In this document: one piece after another, positions 9,177 to 19,962 of the stretch
How positions within the stretch are numbered: the stretch's first letter is position 1
Layout of the letters: each line of letters starts with the position of its first letter
Source of the DNA: Escherichia phage CJY920
Reading direction: 5' to 3' (one strand)
Sequence record: PQ349265.1
Length of the DNA: 64,000 nucleotides
The notes under the pieces: generated by a model
Database searches by the model: none
Seen by the model: only the letters and a program-made list of their open reading frames with translations
Told to the model about the DNA's origin: nothing
Position numbers and translations under genes: made by a program

Positions 9177-10142
9177 TTATATTGCTCCTAATATTTTACT
9201 TTGCGAGTTGACAATTCCCGTCATAGTATTAATGTTTGAAATGCTTCCTGCAGTTCCTCCTAATCTACTAAGTCGTGAAAGCGAATTAGATAGTCCAGTA
9301 ACACCTCCACTATTTCCGAGAACGCTTTGAATGCCATTTATAGCAGCAGATTCAAGCCACTCAAGCGCAGCTTGTCTATCAACCGCTCCAGCCTGCATGA
9401 CTCTATACGCAAAAGTAACATCAAATGTAGTTATTTGGTTATCTCCATCATATGATAACTCAGGAGCGCTCACTGACACTGGAATGCATCCGGTGAACAT
9501 CACAGCAGTATGAGGTAATCCATTACGAGCATGAAGATTAACCTGAATATCTGCCTCGACATCTTGTGGCAAAGCACGCAGTCCAGTTACTGGGTCTTGA
9601 ACAGCATTAACCCAGTCTTGCATTGCACGATAATTACATGCTTCTGAATCCATTCTAAATGAAATAACCAAAGGGTCTAATTCTCTCCCAGTTATACGAA
9701 TATTAGGAGAATTATAGTTCCAGTCAGTTTCATAGGATAATCTATTCTCTGGCATTTTTACTGAATATATCATCAATCCAGATGAGTTATATGCCATATT
9801 AAAGAAGTCAATTAAATATGTACCAACTGTAAATGAGCCCAATAAACTTTGAACTGTACGTTGACTCATGGCACCAATAAGATATTTACTAACTCCTGAT
9901 TTTCTTATCAGTTTTTGTGTGCCAGCAGTAATTAGCGTGGTAATTCCCTGATTAATATCGACTTGAGTCAATCCTAACCAATCTGAATTTAAACCCAAGT
10001 TATTATAAGAAAAGTTGCTAATTGAACTTATCAACGAAGAGCTTTTAGTTGATGGAGTTGTCGCAAAAACGCAGCTAAACATATTATTACGTTGGAAATC
10101 TGCGTTTATTGCTTGATTATTAAATTCCTCTAAAGAATACAT
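9177..10142 (-). CDS. 54: baseplate tail-tube initiator gp54
   Basis: 321 aa; position and length match T4 gp54. Confidence 0.8.
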   Translation of the reverse strand: MYSLEEFNNQAINADFQRNNMFSCVFATTPSTKSSSLISSISNFSYNNLGLNSDWLGLTQVDINQGITTLITAGTQKLIRKSGVSKYLIGAMSQRTVQSLLGSFTVGTYLIDFFNMAYNSSGLMIYSVKMPENRLSYETDWNYNSPNIRITGRELDPLVISFRMDSEACNYRAMQDWVNAVQDPVTGLRALPQDVEADIQVNLHARNGLPHTAVMFTGCIPVSVSAPELSYDGDNQITTFDVTFAYRVMQAGAVDRQAALEWLESAAINGIQSVLGNSGGVTGLSNSLSRLSRLGGTAGSISNINTMTGIVNSQSKILGAI

Positions 10143-11236
10143 TAAAAAGTCCCCGCATATAAAGAAGCACGGTTTAACGTGATAATTTCTCTCATAGTAA
10201 TCTCAAGAGTAAATGTACTAGGGAGGTTTGGAGCAATAGCTAATCCGTTAAAGTTACCATTAGGTGTTTTATCAAATCTGATGCTCTGTATTTGGCATGG
10301 GCCAAATATTTCCGTTTTTCCATCAAACTTAGATGTTGCACCAAAGTTTTTCACCATCCAAATTGTCGGGTTTGAAACTACTAGAACGTTAGTTAAACTC
10401 GATGTCATTTTCTCAAATAGTGTTTTATTTTTAGCTGCGTCTTCCGGAGATAAAGGTTCAATTAACGTAGAACGATACCAATCATCTAAATACCCCTTTA
10501 TTTCAGCAGCATATTGAGATTTGCCCGTTTCACCATAAGAAAAATAGTTAAAATATTGATAGATATTAATAATAGCCATTAAATCTTCTGTGGAACGTGG
10601 AGTCAAATCCCATGTAAACACTTTAGTTCTATTCTCAGCACCACCATACATACTTCTGGCTGTCGTATAAATCTGTTCATTATTATCAGCCATTATACCT
10701 TGTGTTATACTTTCCAGTGCCCCAAATACTGCAGTTGAAGCAATATTACTTAGCACACCAGTAGCAGTACCTCCGCCTCTGCTGATAAGACTTTCTTGAA
10801 CATCATTAAATCTATGTGATGATGTATCAACATCGGATTTAGATCTTGGTAAAAGAATATTTGCAACAGGTGCTTTACTTATTGTTCCTGAATTATTATC
10901 TGATATTAATCCATTTGACAGTTTTGATACTGTATTACTGATAGTGTTTCTGGCTGTACGTAAAATACTCGAAGATGAAGAAGAGTAGTTAGATCTCATC
11001 AATCTAAGACTTCCAGAATCCCTAGATGACATATTGTATGCAGTAAATAATAATCCATTCTTATATAGATCTGTTACCTGGAAGTCCCCTGTAGTGTCAT
11101 TACCACTAGCACGCCCAGTTGGAAACTGGGCAGTGTATGTTTTAGTTGCTACTTCTGATTTAGTACTCTGTCCGGCTGAAATTTTCTCACCTGACTTTTT
11201 AATTAAATCAGCAGTTATTTCTTTAACAATTGCCAT
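10142..11236 (-). CDS. 48: baseplate tail-tube cap gp48
   Basis: 364 aa; synteny 54-48-29. Confidence 0.8.
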   Translation of the reverse strand: MAIVKEITADLIKKSGEKISAGQSTKSEVATKTYTAQFPTGRASGNDTTGDFQVTDLYKNGLLFTAYNMSSRDSGSLRLMRSNYSSSSSSILRTARNTISNTVSKLSNGLISDNNSGTISKAPVANILLPRSKSDVDTSSHRFNDVQESLISRGGGTATGVLSNIASTAVFGALESITQGIMADNNEQIYTTARSMYGGAENRTKVFTWDLTPRSTEDLMAIINIYQYFNYFSYGETGKSQYAAEIKGYLDDWYRSTLIEPLSPEDAAKNKTLFEKMTSSLTNVLVVSNPTIWMVKNFGATSKFDGKTEIFGPCQIQSIRFDKTPNGNFNGLAIAPNLPSTFTLEITMREIITLNRASLYAGTF

Positions 11237-11244
11237 ATTATTCC

Positions 11245-13017
11245 TTAATTAACTCCAGTCGCATCAAATACACCAGGAGCAGTCGTGCTCGTAACAGGTG
11301 TCATATTATGAACGACAGTATTTTTCTTAATAACATTATTAGTATTATTGATCGAAGGAGATACTTGTTGAACAGGAGCTTGCTGTGCTTTGTTCTTTTC
11401 TATTACCTGGACTTGTTTTGCTTCTGGCGATTTAGCAGAAGTTTCAGGCTTGGCGTTAGGCTGATTTTTCTTGAGCTCTTGATAAGTAGCATCAATTTTA
11501 GAAAATCTAGCAGCAAGTTCCTTTTTAACTGCCGGTGAATTATTTAAATCTGGGTCATCCATCCGTTTTTTAAGGTCTTCATAGGCAGCTTCAACTGATT
11601 TAACTGTTGAGTCTTTACTCATATCAGCCGAATCAGCATATTTTTCAAAGCGAATCATCGCGGCGCGCGCTTCATTAGCCTTCATTAAAGCATTTTTTCT
11701 TTCTTCAGGTGAAAGTTGCTTTAATTTTTCTTCTTCTGCTGCACGTTCTTCGTCGGTAGTTAGTGCTTCTTTATTATCAACGCCACGAATCCAGTTAGAT
11801 GCACGAGTTTTCCAGTTCGCAATTTTGTCTAGTCCTTCTGCTATTGGACCAAGGTCTCCATTCATTCGTTTATCTTGATAATTTGCAACTTTTTCCTGGT
11901 CTTCTTTATTGAGAGATGCTCCAGTAGAATTTTGGAAATTTTCTAGCGCTCTTCCTTCTACTTCATCAGCGGTATCCTTCATGCCAGGAATGACTCGAAG
12001 AATTGCAGCAGATAATTTAGCCATTCCAAGCTGAATAAGTTCTCCTAAATTATAAAGAACCTTTCCAAGCCCTTCTACAATAGCTACCGTCAAACCGCCC
12101 CAATCTCCCTCTTCCCAGAATTTTTTAATTTCATCAATAGAACTAAAGATGCTCTGTAATAAAGGACCCCATGTTCCTGTTTCACTAGAGAATTTAGTAA
12201 AGTCTGTACTAAATAAATCCCATGCCTGCGAAAATTTATCTGACCAATATTTAAAGTGAACCATCAGCAGATCTATTCCAACAACAACAGCCAATATCAT
12301 TGCAGTCATTTTAGCAGCTTCAATAGCAGCACTGACGGTGTACTTAAATAGCATGCTTGATATTTTATCAGTAATTGAAATGGATTTTTTAAATCCAAAA
12401 TCAACTGTCTTTGTTAATTTATCTAAAGCTTGAGATAATTTTAAGTTAAATGCGTCTTTTTTCTGTTTTTCTTCTGGCGATTCTTGTTTAGGTTCAACTG
12501 GCTGAGGGGTAGGGAAAAAATCAGCATCAGGATCATTATTAACTGCTTCAGGAGCCGGTAATAAAGGACCCACAGATTCAGCTGTATCGTCCTCAACAAC
12601 TTTAACAGGAATAGCGCTTTCAACCGTGGCTAAACTAGTTCCTGTTTGTTGAATTCCGGCTGTCTGGATTTTTTGCTCGAGTAAACTGGTTAATTTATCT
12701 AATTTGCTCCCGAGTGATTCACCGATTTCTTTATTAATATTGTTGCCAATTTCAACAGTTTCAGCAATTAACTCAGAACCAGCAGTAGTATCACTCACTG
12801 CACTTTCTACATTGTCAATTGCTCCAATTATTTCATTCGATTTTTCTTCGACAGTTTGAGCAATTAATTCAGAAGCAGCTTGAGCATCATCCAATTTCGT
12901 AGATATATCGTTAAGTCCAGATAAAGTGTTAGAAGCGGATTTAGCCGCTTCCTGTGTTGGTTTATTATCTGAAATAACTTTTCTACGCATCGTTTGCATT
13001 TCTTGTGGCTTTTTCAT
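11245..13017 (-). CDS. 29: tail tape-measure / baseplate hub protein gp29
   Basis: 590 aa matching T4 gp29. Confidence 0.8.
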   Translation of the reverse strand: MKKPQEMQTMRRKVISDNKPTQEAAKSASNTLSGLNDISTKLDDAQAASELIAQTVEEKSNEIIGAIDNVESAVSDTTAGSELIAETVEIGNNINKEIGESLGSKLDKLTSLLEQKIQTAGIQQTGTSLATVESAIPVKVVEDDTAESVGPLLPAPEAVNNDPDADFFPTPQPVEPKQESPEEKQKKDAFNLKLSQALDKLTKTVDFGFKKSISITDKISSMLFKYTVSAAIEAAKMTAMILAVVVGIDLLMVHFKYWSDKFSQAWDLFSTDFTKFSSETGTWGPLLQSIFSSIDEIKKFWEEGDWGGLTVAIVEGLGKVLYNLGELIQLGMAKLSAAILRVIPGMKDTADEVEGRALENFQNSTGASLNKEDQEKVANYQDKRMNGDLGPIAEGLDKIANWKTRASNWIRGVDNKEALTTDEERAAEEEKLKQLSPEERKNALMKANEARAAMIRFEKYADSADMSKDSTVKSVEAAYEDLKKRMDDPDLNNSPAVKKELAARFSKIDATYQELKKNQPNAKPETSAKSPEAKQVQVIEKNKAQQAPVQQVSPSINNTNNVIKKNTVVHNMTPVTSTTAPGVFDATGVN

Positions 13018-13547
13018 TCAAATAATCCAATAATATTGCCAATTCCGGTTATTGGACCATTAGGGCCAGGAATTGCTAAAGTTGTAAAAATATCATTTGC
13101 CCATTTTAAAACGAATGCTGGCATCTCAAGAAAATTAATTTCTTTAACTTCATCATTGACCTTAAGCAAGCATTTGGATAACATATCGCTCACAGTTAAA
13201 AATTGTTCAAATTTTCCAGGCGGTCTAAAATAAAATGTATTTCCTTGGTATTGAAATTCTAATCTTTGGCATACATAAACATCATTAATGTCATAAGTAT
13301 AACCATCTATTTCTTTACGAGATTTAATCTTTCCATTAAATTCCAATAAATGAATTGAAACGAAATCAACTTCTGCTGGTGATAAATTCGGACAAATAGA
13401 ATCAATAAGAAGTTTTAAATTTTCATCAGGACCTTTAACATCTTTTAAAATGTTATAATGTTTAAGACCCATTTTAGGAATAGAAACTTCTTTATTGCTT
13501 ATTGGAAGAACTACTTTCTTCAGTGGTAGTATCAGATTTAAATTCAT
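13014..13547 (-). CDS. 28: baseplate distal hub subunit gp28
   Basis: 177 aa; synteny; 56-nt overlap with gene 27. Confidence 0.75.
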   Translation of the reverse strand: MNLNLILPLKKVVLPISNKEVSIPKMGLKHYNILKDVKGPDENLKLLIDSICPNLSPAEVDFVSIHLLEFNGKIKSRKEIDGYTYDINDVYVCQRLEFQYQGNTFYFRPPGKFEQFLTVSDMLSKCLLKVNDEVKEINFLEMPAFVLKWANDIFTTLAIPGPNGPITGIGNIIGLFE

Positions 13548-14667
13548 TTTTAACCTTAACTGGGTCTATTGTTTCCAGTTTCGTTGCATTAGTGAACATA
13601 TATAGATGAGTTACCGAATTATTATTGGATAATTCATGGATGACTTCATCAACGTAAAATTCTGTTTTAAATTGGTTTTTACTATCATTAAAAATAATTT
13701 TAACGCCAGGAGTCAAGTTAAAATTACCGACAGTAGAACATTTAGCATAACCATCGTATTGTGCCATAGTTTGAAGACGAATAGCTTCTTCATATCCATT
13801 CCTATAAGTCATTTCAGAATAAGCACCTGACCTTGATACTACAATAGAGTTTTCTCCCTTTCCTGTAGTAATCATTGGCAATGAAGAATCTAAAAATGAA
13901 TGCGCATAGATAGTAGCGTTTTTCATTGGGTCGCGTTTGTGAGGATTTGATTTAGTCAACCAAACGAAATCATATGCTAATGGATATTTTAATTCTTGGA
14001 TGAATTGACCTATTAAAGATGGCTCACCGACAATCATTGGATATGGTTCTTGATTTATCATCATATCATAGTCCATCATGTTAACTCCCATGATGTCTTG
14101 CCATACAAATACAAATTTGTCACTTCCTACAGCTAGAGCAACTTCTCTGACATACGACAAATAGTTTTCAAATGTGCTAGTCCATGGAATATCAGGAACA
14201 TAAGCATTTATAGCATTTATTGCTGGAGTTAATAACGTGCGATCCTGATAAATGACACCAAGCATTTCCTTTATAGATTCACCTGCATCAGAGAAAAACG
14301 GTCTGCCAAATTTAAGATTTTCTATAGAATGAATAGTTCCCAATTCAATAGCAATGATGTTATCACCCTTTGAATCTACAGATACAGAAAAATGCTTACA
14401 TCCATAAATTCGTGTTTTAACATTATTAATATCGTTTGCATTAGCTACAGAAATCTGAATTATTTCATTTCCATCCATTTTTGTATGGATATTTTTAGAA
14501 TCATAAAACTGCAGCATTCCTTCATTTCGGCCATAAAGAGAATCCCGCATAGTTAATGTGGTAATAGTAGCAGCTAATTCAACAAATCTATTATTACTCC
14601 AAGAGTCGTAGCTATCAAATAATTTAACGCTGAGATTTGGATATCCTGGGCGTTGCAACATACTCAT
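13492..14667 (-). CDS. 27: baseplate hub subunit gp27
   Basis: 391 aa matching T4 gp27. Confidence 0.85.
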   Translation of the reverse strand: MSMLQRPGYPNLSVKLFDSYDSWSNNRFVELAATITTLTMRDSLYGRNEGMLQFYDSKNIHTKMDGNEIIQISVANANDINNVKTRIYGCKHFSVSVDSKGDNIIAIELGTIHSIENLKFGRPFFSDAGESIKEMLGVIYQDRTLLTPAINAINAYVPDIPWTSTFENYLSYVREVALAVGSDKFVFVWQDIMGVNMMDYDMMINQEPYPMIVGEPSLIGQFIQELKYPLAYDFVWLTKSNPHKRDPMKNATIYAHSFLDSSLPMITTGKGENSIVVSRSGAYSEMTYRNGYEEAIRLQTMAQYDGYAKCSTVGNFNLTPGVKIIFNDSKNQFKTEFYVDEVIHELSNNNSVTHLYMFTNATKLETIDPVKVKNEFKSDTTTEESSSSNKQ

Positions 14668-15416
14668 TATTGTTTATCCTTCTCAATCAGTTTTAATACG
14701 AATCCGCGCTCGGCAGGAATCATTTTCATTATTGAATTTAAGCTATAATTACTTTTTACGAGTGTGTGATTAATTTGATAAAAAGTAAATATCTCATCTG
14801 GGTTAACTAATAGCTTAAACACATCTACTATATCAGTGTATTTTTTTACATACTTATCACAGCAGGACATATGTAGAGTTAAATTAATAGGATTCATTGC
14901 ATCGAGAATTTTTTCTAATGTTTCTATCTCGATGGCGTCAACGAGTTCTATTTGACTTGATTCGCTAATTTCCTTCCAATCATACCAAGTTTCATCTACT
15001 TGAACAGAATGAATATTTTCAGTAATCATCTTTGCTTTATTTTCATAAAACTCAGAAGGAAACTTTAATTTAATTTTAACATTAGCTACATCAAAAACAG
15101 GTTCCTTTAATTCTTTTTGATATATTTCAAATGGAACTGTCTTTTCTTTTTTACATTTTGGACATACAAATGTGACCGGTACTTTAGTTTTACCTATTGA
15201 CCCTACAAATACCTGCAAAAATATAAATGGTTGCCAAGTCTTCGGATAATCTCCAAAATAATCGGCAATTAAATCAGCAATTATTTCTTTTTGTTCTTGT
15301 GGTGACCGATGTTCTATATCGTTTCGAACTAACAAAAAATCTCGATAATCTTCTACCGTAAATGGTTTAAAACGATGAACACCATCTGGTAATTTACAAC
15401 GAATAATGTTTGCCAT
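14667..15416 (-). CDS. 51: baseplate hub assembly catalyst gp51
   Basis: 249 aa; synteny. Confidence 0.8.
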   Translation of the reverse strand: MANIIRCKLPDGVHRFKPFTVEDYRDFLLVRNDIEHRSPQEQKEIIADLIADYFGDYPKTWQPFIFLQVFVGSIGKTKVPVTFVCPKCKKEKTVPFEIYQKELKEPVFDVANVKIKLKFPSEFYENKAKMITENIHSVQVDETWYDWKEISESSQIELVDAIEIETLEKILDAMNPINLTLHMSCCDKYVKKYTDIVDVFKLLVNPDEIFTFYQINHTLVKSNYSLNSIMKMIPAERGFVLKLIEKDKQ

Positions 15417-15433
15417 AGATGCTCCTTTTATTC

Positions 15434-15445
15434 TATTTATAAATA
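15434..15445. promoter_or_regulatory. overlapping divergent late promoter boxes (TATAAATA on both strands) between genes 51 and 26
   Basis: tatttataaata read directly; TATAAATA at 15438-15445 (+) and 15434-15441 (-). Confidence 0.55.
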
Positions 15446-15466
15446 TGATAAATAAAGGAGCTAAAT

Positions 15467-16093
15467 ATGTATGAATACAAATTTGATGTGAGAGTTGGTT
15501 CTAAAATAATCAACTGTCGCGCATTTACTCTTAAAGAATATCTAGAACTTATTACTGCTAAAAAGAACGGTTCAGTAGAAGAGATCGTTAAAAAGCTAAT
15601 TAAAGACTGTACAAATGCAAAAGATTTAAACCGCCAAGAATCAGAACTACTGCTGATTCATTTATGGGCGCATTCTCTTGGAGAAGTTAATCACGAAAAC
15701 TCCTGGAAGTGCACCTGTGGAACTGAAATATCAACCCATATAAATCTATTACATACACAAATAGATGCACCAGAAGACCTCTGGTATACACTGGGTGACA
15801 TTAAAATTAAGTTCCATTACCCTAAAATTTTTGATGATAAAAACATAGCCCACATGATAGTATCATGCATAGAAACGATTCATGCTAACGGGGAAAGCAT
15901 TCCAGTTGAAGACTTAAATGAAAAGGAACTAGAAGATTTATATTCTATCATCACAGAGTCAGATATTGTAGCTATAAAAGATATGCTTTTAAAACCTACC
16001 GTTTATTTGGCTGTTCCAATTAAGTGTCCAGAGTGTGGAAAAACCCATGCTCACGTAATAAGAGGCCTCAAAGAGTTCTTTGAGTTACTATAA
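15467..16093 (+). CDS. 26: baseplate hub subunit gp26
   Basis: 208 aa; AAGGAG RBS. Confidence 0.8.
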   Translation: MYEYKFDVRVGSKIINCRAFTLKEYLELITAKKNGSVEEIVKKLIKDCTNAKDLNRQESELLLIHLWAHSLGEVNHENSWKCTCGTEISTHINLLHTQIDAPEDLWYTLGDIKIKFHYPKIFDDKNIAHMIVSCIETIHANGESIPVEDLNEKELEDLYSIITESDIVAIKDMLLKPTVYLAVPIKCPECGKTHAHVIRGLKEFFELL

Positions 16094-16491
16094 TGGCAAA
16101 TATTAATAAGCTTTATTCTGATATTGACCCGGAAATGAAAATGGATTGGAACAAAGATGTTTCCAGATCACTTGGATTAAGGTCAATTAAAAACAGTCTT
16201 TTGGGAATTATTACAACAAGAAAAGGTTCAAGACCGTTTGACCCTGAATTTGGATGTGATTTATCAGACCAGCTTTTTGAAAATATGACTCCTCTTACTG
16301 CTGACACAGTTGAGCGCAATATTGAAAGCGCAGTAAGAAACTATGAGCCACGTATTGATAAATTATCAGTTAATGTGATACCAGTTTATGATGATTATAC
16401 TCTGATAGTAGAAATACGCTTTTCGGTCATCGATAACCCTGATGATATTGAGCAGATAAAACTGCAACTGGCTTCCAGTAATAGGGTATAA
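16093..16491 (+). CDS. 25: baseplate wedge subunit gp25
   Basis: 132 aa matching T4 gp25. Confidence 0.85.
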   Translation: MANINKLYSDIDPEMKMDWNKDVSRSLGLRSIKNSLLGIITTRKGSRPFDPEFGCDLSDQLFENMTPLTADTVERNIESAVRNYEPRIDKLSVNVIPVYDDYTLIVEIRFSVIDNPDDIEQIKLQLASSNRV

Positions 16492-16517
16492 TGCTTCACG
16501 TTAAAACGTGGTATAAT
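16491..16517 (+). promoter_or_regulatory. T4 middle promoter: MotA box aTGCTTCA (16491-16498) plus -10 TATAAT (16512-16517) upstream of uvsY
   Basis: MotA-box consensus (a/t)(a/t)TGCTT(t/c)A about 12 nt upstream of TATAAT. Confidence 0.65.
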
Positions 16518-16557
16518 GAATCTAAGTCCATCCAATAACAATTGAATAGAGAACAAT

Positions 16558-16971
16558 ATGAGATTAGAAGATCTTCAAGAAGAATTGAAGAAAGATGTGT
16601 TTATAGATTCGACTAAATTACAGTATGAAGCAGCTAATAATGTGATGTTATATAGTAAATGGCTTAATAAGCATTCAAGTATTAAAAAGGAAATGCTTAG
16701 AATTGACGCACAGAAAAAAGTTGCTCTTAAAGCTAGATTAGACTACTACTCGGGACGAGGAGATGGTGATGAATTTAGTATGGACCGTTACGAGAAATCA
16801 GAAATGAAGACAGTTCTATCAGCTGATAAGGATGTTTTAAAGGTTGATACCTCGTTACAGTATTGGGGAATTTTATTAGATTTCTGTAGCGGAGCTCTTG
16901 ATGCTATTAAATCACGCGGATTTGCTATTAAGCATATTCAAGACATGCGAGCATTTGAGGCTGGAAAATAA
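16558..16971 (+). CDS. uvsY: recombination mediator UvsY
   Basis: 137 aa matching T4 UvsY; middle promoter upstream. Confidence 0.85.
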   Translation: MRLEDLQEELKKDVFIDSTKLQYEAANNVMLYSKWLNKHSSIKKEMLRIDAQKKVALKARLDYYSGRGDGDEFSMDRYEKSEMKTVLSADKDVLKVDTSLQYWGILLDFCSGALDAIKSRGFAIKHIQDMRAFEAGK

Positions 16972-17195
16972 TGAGATATAGCATTGATGATGCTTTTAAT
17001 TATGAAGAAGAATTCGAAACGGAAATTCAATTCTTAATGAAAAAGTATAATCTCAAGCGTCAGGATATTCGTATCCTGGCCGACCATCCATGCGGTGAAG
17101 ATGTACTTTATATTAAAGGAAAATTTGCCGGATATCTTGATGAATATTTTTATTCTAAAGATATGGGCATTGATATGCATATGAGAGTTGTATAA
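16971..17195 (+). CDS. hypothetical protein (uvsY.-1-like, 74 aa)
   Basis: ORF overlapping uvsY stop; synteny. Confidence 0.5.
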   Translation: MRYSIDDAFNYEEEFETEIQFLMKKYNLKRQDIRILADHPCGEDVLYIKGKFAGYLDEYFYSKDMGIDMHMRVV

Positions 17196-17198
17196 ATA
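17191..17198 (+). promoter_or_regulatory. late promoter box TATAAATA
   Basis: Exact match, about 34 nt upstream of the small ORF at 17232. Confidence 0.5.
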
Positions 17199-17231
17199 GA
17201 TATAGATATATATAATTCAGAGGAGACAATC

Positions 17232-17399
17232 ATGTCAGATAAGATTTGTGTTGTCTGTAAAACTCCAATCGATTCTGCATTGGTTGTTGAAACAGACAAA
17301 GGTCCTGTACATCCTGGGCCTTGTTATAATTACATTAAAGAACTACCAGTTTCAGAAAGTTCGGAAGAACAATTAAATGAAACACAACTTTTGCTATAG
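17232..17399 (+). CDS. small Cys-containing protein (55 aa; uvsY.-2-like position)
   Basis: ATG at 17232 with AGGAGA RBS; not in supplied ORF track (below 60 aa). Confidence 0.45.
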   Translation: MSDKICVVCKTPIDSALVVETDKGPVHPGPCYNYIKELPVSESSEEQLNETQLLL

Positions 17400-17454
17400 T
17401 GTGACCTTTAGTCTATAGTTTTGGCCCTTCCTTTTTGGTTGGGCCTTTTTTAAT

Positions 17455-17685
17455 TTAAAAGCTTTCTTCTACTTCATCGTCTGAATCTTCTAATTCAGCT
17501 CTTTTTCCTGCCAAAGCATCTCTCACAGAGATGTCATCAGTATCTTTTAATTCAGTTTCTTTAACTCTTTTCTTATAATAAGCTTCAAGTTCTTCTAAAC
17601 CTTCTAATGTTTGACAAGAGGCAATTTTACCCATAAATTCATCAATAGAAGCTTCATAAAGAAATTGTTTAAATCCTAGTAACAT
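17455..17685 (-). CDS. uvsW.1: UvsW.1 small protein (76 aa from first ATG)
   Basis: Track ORF starts at TTG; first ATG gives 76 aa, the recalled T4 UvsW.1 length. Confidence 0.65.
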   Translation of the reverse strand: MLLGFKQFLYEASIDEFMGKIASCQTLEGLEELEAYYKKRVKETELKDTDDISVRDALAGKRAELEDSDDEVEESF

Positions 17686-17710
17686 CTTTTTCTCCAAAGG
17701 GCCGAAGCCC

Positions 17711-19222
17711 TTATAAATTAACTGTTTTCATTACGTAATTAAATTTTTCATCTGCGTAGCGCTGAATACGATCAATGCCGTGTTTTAAAAGATAGTTCAA
17801 ATGAACGTATTTCTTTTTCGTATTAGCAGATTTTGGTCTAACGCCCGCGTCATCTATGAGGTCCCAGACCGTTGCGATTGTTTTAGAACCATGCTTACGT
17901 AATACACGACCGATTGTTTGTAATACAATGATTTTTGATTTAACGCCGTGCGCTAAAACAACATGATGCAGATTTTTAACTGAAATACCAGTAGAAAATA
18001 CACCATAACTCGCTACTATAATTATTCCTTTACCGTTTTCAGCTAAGGTTTTCATTACGTTGCGGGTTTCGGTATCAACTTCCCCTGATACGTAATAAAC
18101 TTTATCGTATTCATTTTTAATTAAATCGAAAATAGCTTTACCGTGTGATACGTGTTTAAACATGACAAAAGCGTTTTCATCTTTTTGCGCAAGCTTAATA
18201 GCTAATTTAGCGATCCATTTATTTCTTTTACTGAGCCCAGTAATAATTTTTATTTCTTCTTGGTAAGTTTTTCCCTTTAATTTAGTAGTGAACTCATCGG
18301 GATAGCGAAGAAAAATACTATTAATTTTTAGCTCAGTTACTTGTCCATCTTCCATTAATTTAGAAGTCGTTACTGGCTTAAATATTTCACCAAACATTCC
18401 AACATACTGCATGATATTAGCTTTGCCATCACGTAATGAACCAGACAAACCGAATTTGAACATGCAGTTATTTAAACCTGATATGATAGATGAAATACTT
18501 TTTCCTGTAGCAAGATGGCATTCATCATTCATCATCATTCCAAACTGTGAGAACCATTCTTTTGGTTGTTTTACTACAGTTTGCCATGTACCAACAACGA
18601 CTGGCGCATCATTTTTATATTTATCATCTTTTGATGCTCCGCCACCGATTTTCTTTATCATTGCATGACTGAATAAACGATAGTCAACGAAGTCATCAGC
18701 CATCTGAGTTGTCAGAGCAGTTGTTGGAACAATGATAAGAATTTTACCTTCATAATTTTCCAAATAATATCGCGCAAGCAAAGCTTGAATTAAAGATTTA
18801 CCAGCAGATGTTGGAAGATTAAGAATTCTACGACGATTAACTAATCCTTCGAACACTGCATCTTTTTGATACCAGTGTGGTTCAATTCTTTTATTTCCTG
18901 AATAGATTTCTAATTTAGAAAGCCATTCATCAAAATCTTTTCTTGATAATTCTTCTTTTTCATTAATTTGTGGGTCAATCCAGGCTTTATAACCAAAGTT
19001 ATCACAGAACTTTTTAATTTGCCCGACTAAGCCGAATGGAAGAAGACGATTATAATCTAAAAGACGGATTCGTCCATCCCAGTTGCCATATCTGAAGCGA
19101 GGATTAAACCTATATCCATCAGCTTCAAAGCTAAAGAAATCACGGAGTTCATGAAATGTACTTTCTTCACAATCAATTCTCACGTGACTAAAATCATAAA
19201 AATGTACTTTAATGTCAGTCAT
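17711..19222 (-). CDS. uvsW: UvsW SF2 helicase
   Basis: 503 aa; Walker A-like PTSAGKS and DECH box. Confidence 0.9.
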   Translation of the reverse strand: MTDIKVHFYDFSHVRIDCEESTFHELRDFFSFEADGYRFNPRFRYGNWDGRIRLLDYNRLLPFGLVGQIKKFCDNFGYKAWIDPQINEKEELSRKDFDEWLSKLEIYSGNKRIEPHWYQKDAVFEGLVNRRRILNLPTSAGKSLIQALLARYYLENYEGKILIIVPTTALTTQMADDFVDYRLFSHAMIKKIGGGASKDDKYKNDAPVVVGTWQTVVKQPKEWFSQFGMMMNDECHLATGKSISSIISGLNNCMFKFGLSGSLRDGKANIMQYVGMFGEIFKPVTTSKLMEDGQVTELKINSIFLRYPDEFTTKLKGKTYQEEIKIITGLSKRNKWIAKLAIKLAQKDENAFVMFKHVSHGKAIFDLIKNEYDKVYYVSGEVDTETRNVMKTLAENGKGIIIVASYGVFSTGISVKNLHHVVLAHGVKSKIIVLQTIGRVLRKHGSKTIATVWDLIDDAGVRPKSANTKKKYVHLNYLLKHGIDRIQRYADEKFNYVMKTVNL

Positions 19223-19251
19223 GTCTAAATACCATGTAATAAATATATCTA

Positions 19252-19259
19252 TATTTATA
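19252..19259 (-). promoter_or_regulatory. late promoter TATAAATA (minus strand) upstream of uvsW
   Basis: Plus-strand tatttata 30 nt from the uvsW ATG. Confidence 0.55.
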
Positions 19260-19272
19260 CTGAGGAAATATT

Positions 19273-19953
19273 ATGATAGATAAAGATTATATTGCAGAGC
19301 TGAAGGCTCTTGATGATAATAAAGAAGCTAAGGCTAAATTAGCTGAATATGCTGAACAGTTTGGTATAAAGGTCAAAAAGAATAAATCTTTTGATAATAT
19401 CGTTAATGATATTGAAGAAGCCCTCCAGAAGCTCGCTAGTGAACCTATGCCAGAGACTGATGGGTTATCTATTAAAGACTTAATCAATGCTGCTGATGCC
19501 GCAGAGGGGTTAAAATATGACGATGAAGAAGTCAATCCAGAAGCAGCACTTCTGATTGATTCTCCGGTTAAATCTGATATTAAAATTGAAGTAGTAGAAA
19601 CGGATAAAATTCCCGAAAATACAGATGTTTTGATTGAAGATACTCCTTTTGTTGAAGAAAAATTTGAACAGGCTGTAGCTGAGATTATTGAATCTGAAAA
19701 GCCGTCTGTATTTACTCTTCCGGAAAACTTTAGTCCGAATCTTCAGCTGATTGGAAAAAATCCAGGATTCTGCACTGTTCCTTGGTGGATTTATCAATGG
19801 ATAGCTGAAACTCCGGATTGGAAATCTCACCCAACTAGTTTTGAACACGCGTCGGCACACCAAACTTTATTTAGCTTAATTTACTACATTAACCGTGACG
19901 GATCAGTTCTAATTCGTGAAACACGCAATTCTTCTTTCGTAACATTAAAATAA
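19273..19953 (+). CDS. inh: Inh, inhibitor of prohead protease
   Basis: 226 aa and position next to hoc. Confidence 0.7.
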   Translation: MIDKDYIAELKALDDNKEAKAKLAEYAEQFGIKVKKNKSFDNIVNDIEEALQKLASEPMPETDGLSIKDLINAADAAEGLKYDDEEVNPEAALLIDSPVKSDIKIEVVETDKIPENTDVLIEDTPFVEEKFEQAVAEIIESEKPSVFTLPENFSPNLQLIGKNPGFCTVPWWIYQWIAETPDWKSHPTSFEHASAHQTLFSLIYYINRDGSVLIRETRNSSFVTLK

Positions 19954-19962
19954 GGATAACTT

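Noticed and set aside
9331-10517. Plus-strand ORFs (9331..9513, 10179..10517) inside genes 54 and 48
   Set aside because: Antisense to well-supported baseplate genes; short, with no RBS.
13492-13547. 56-nt overlap between genes 28 and 27
   Set aside because: Both ORFs match expected T4 protein lengths exactly, so the overlap appears native rather than a frameshift.
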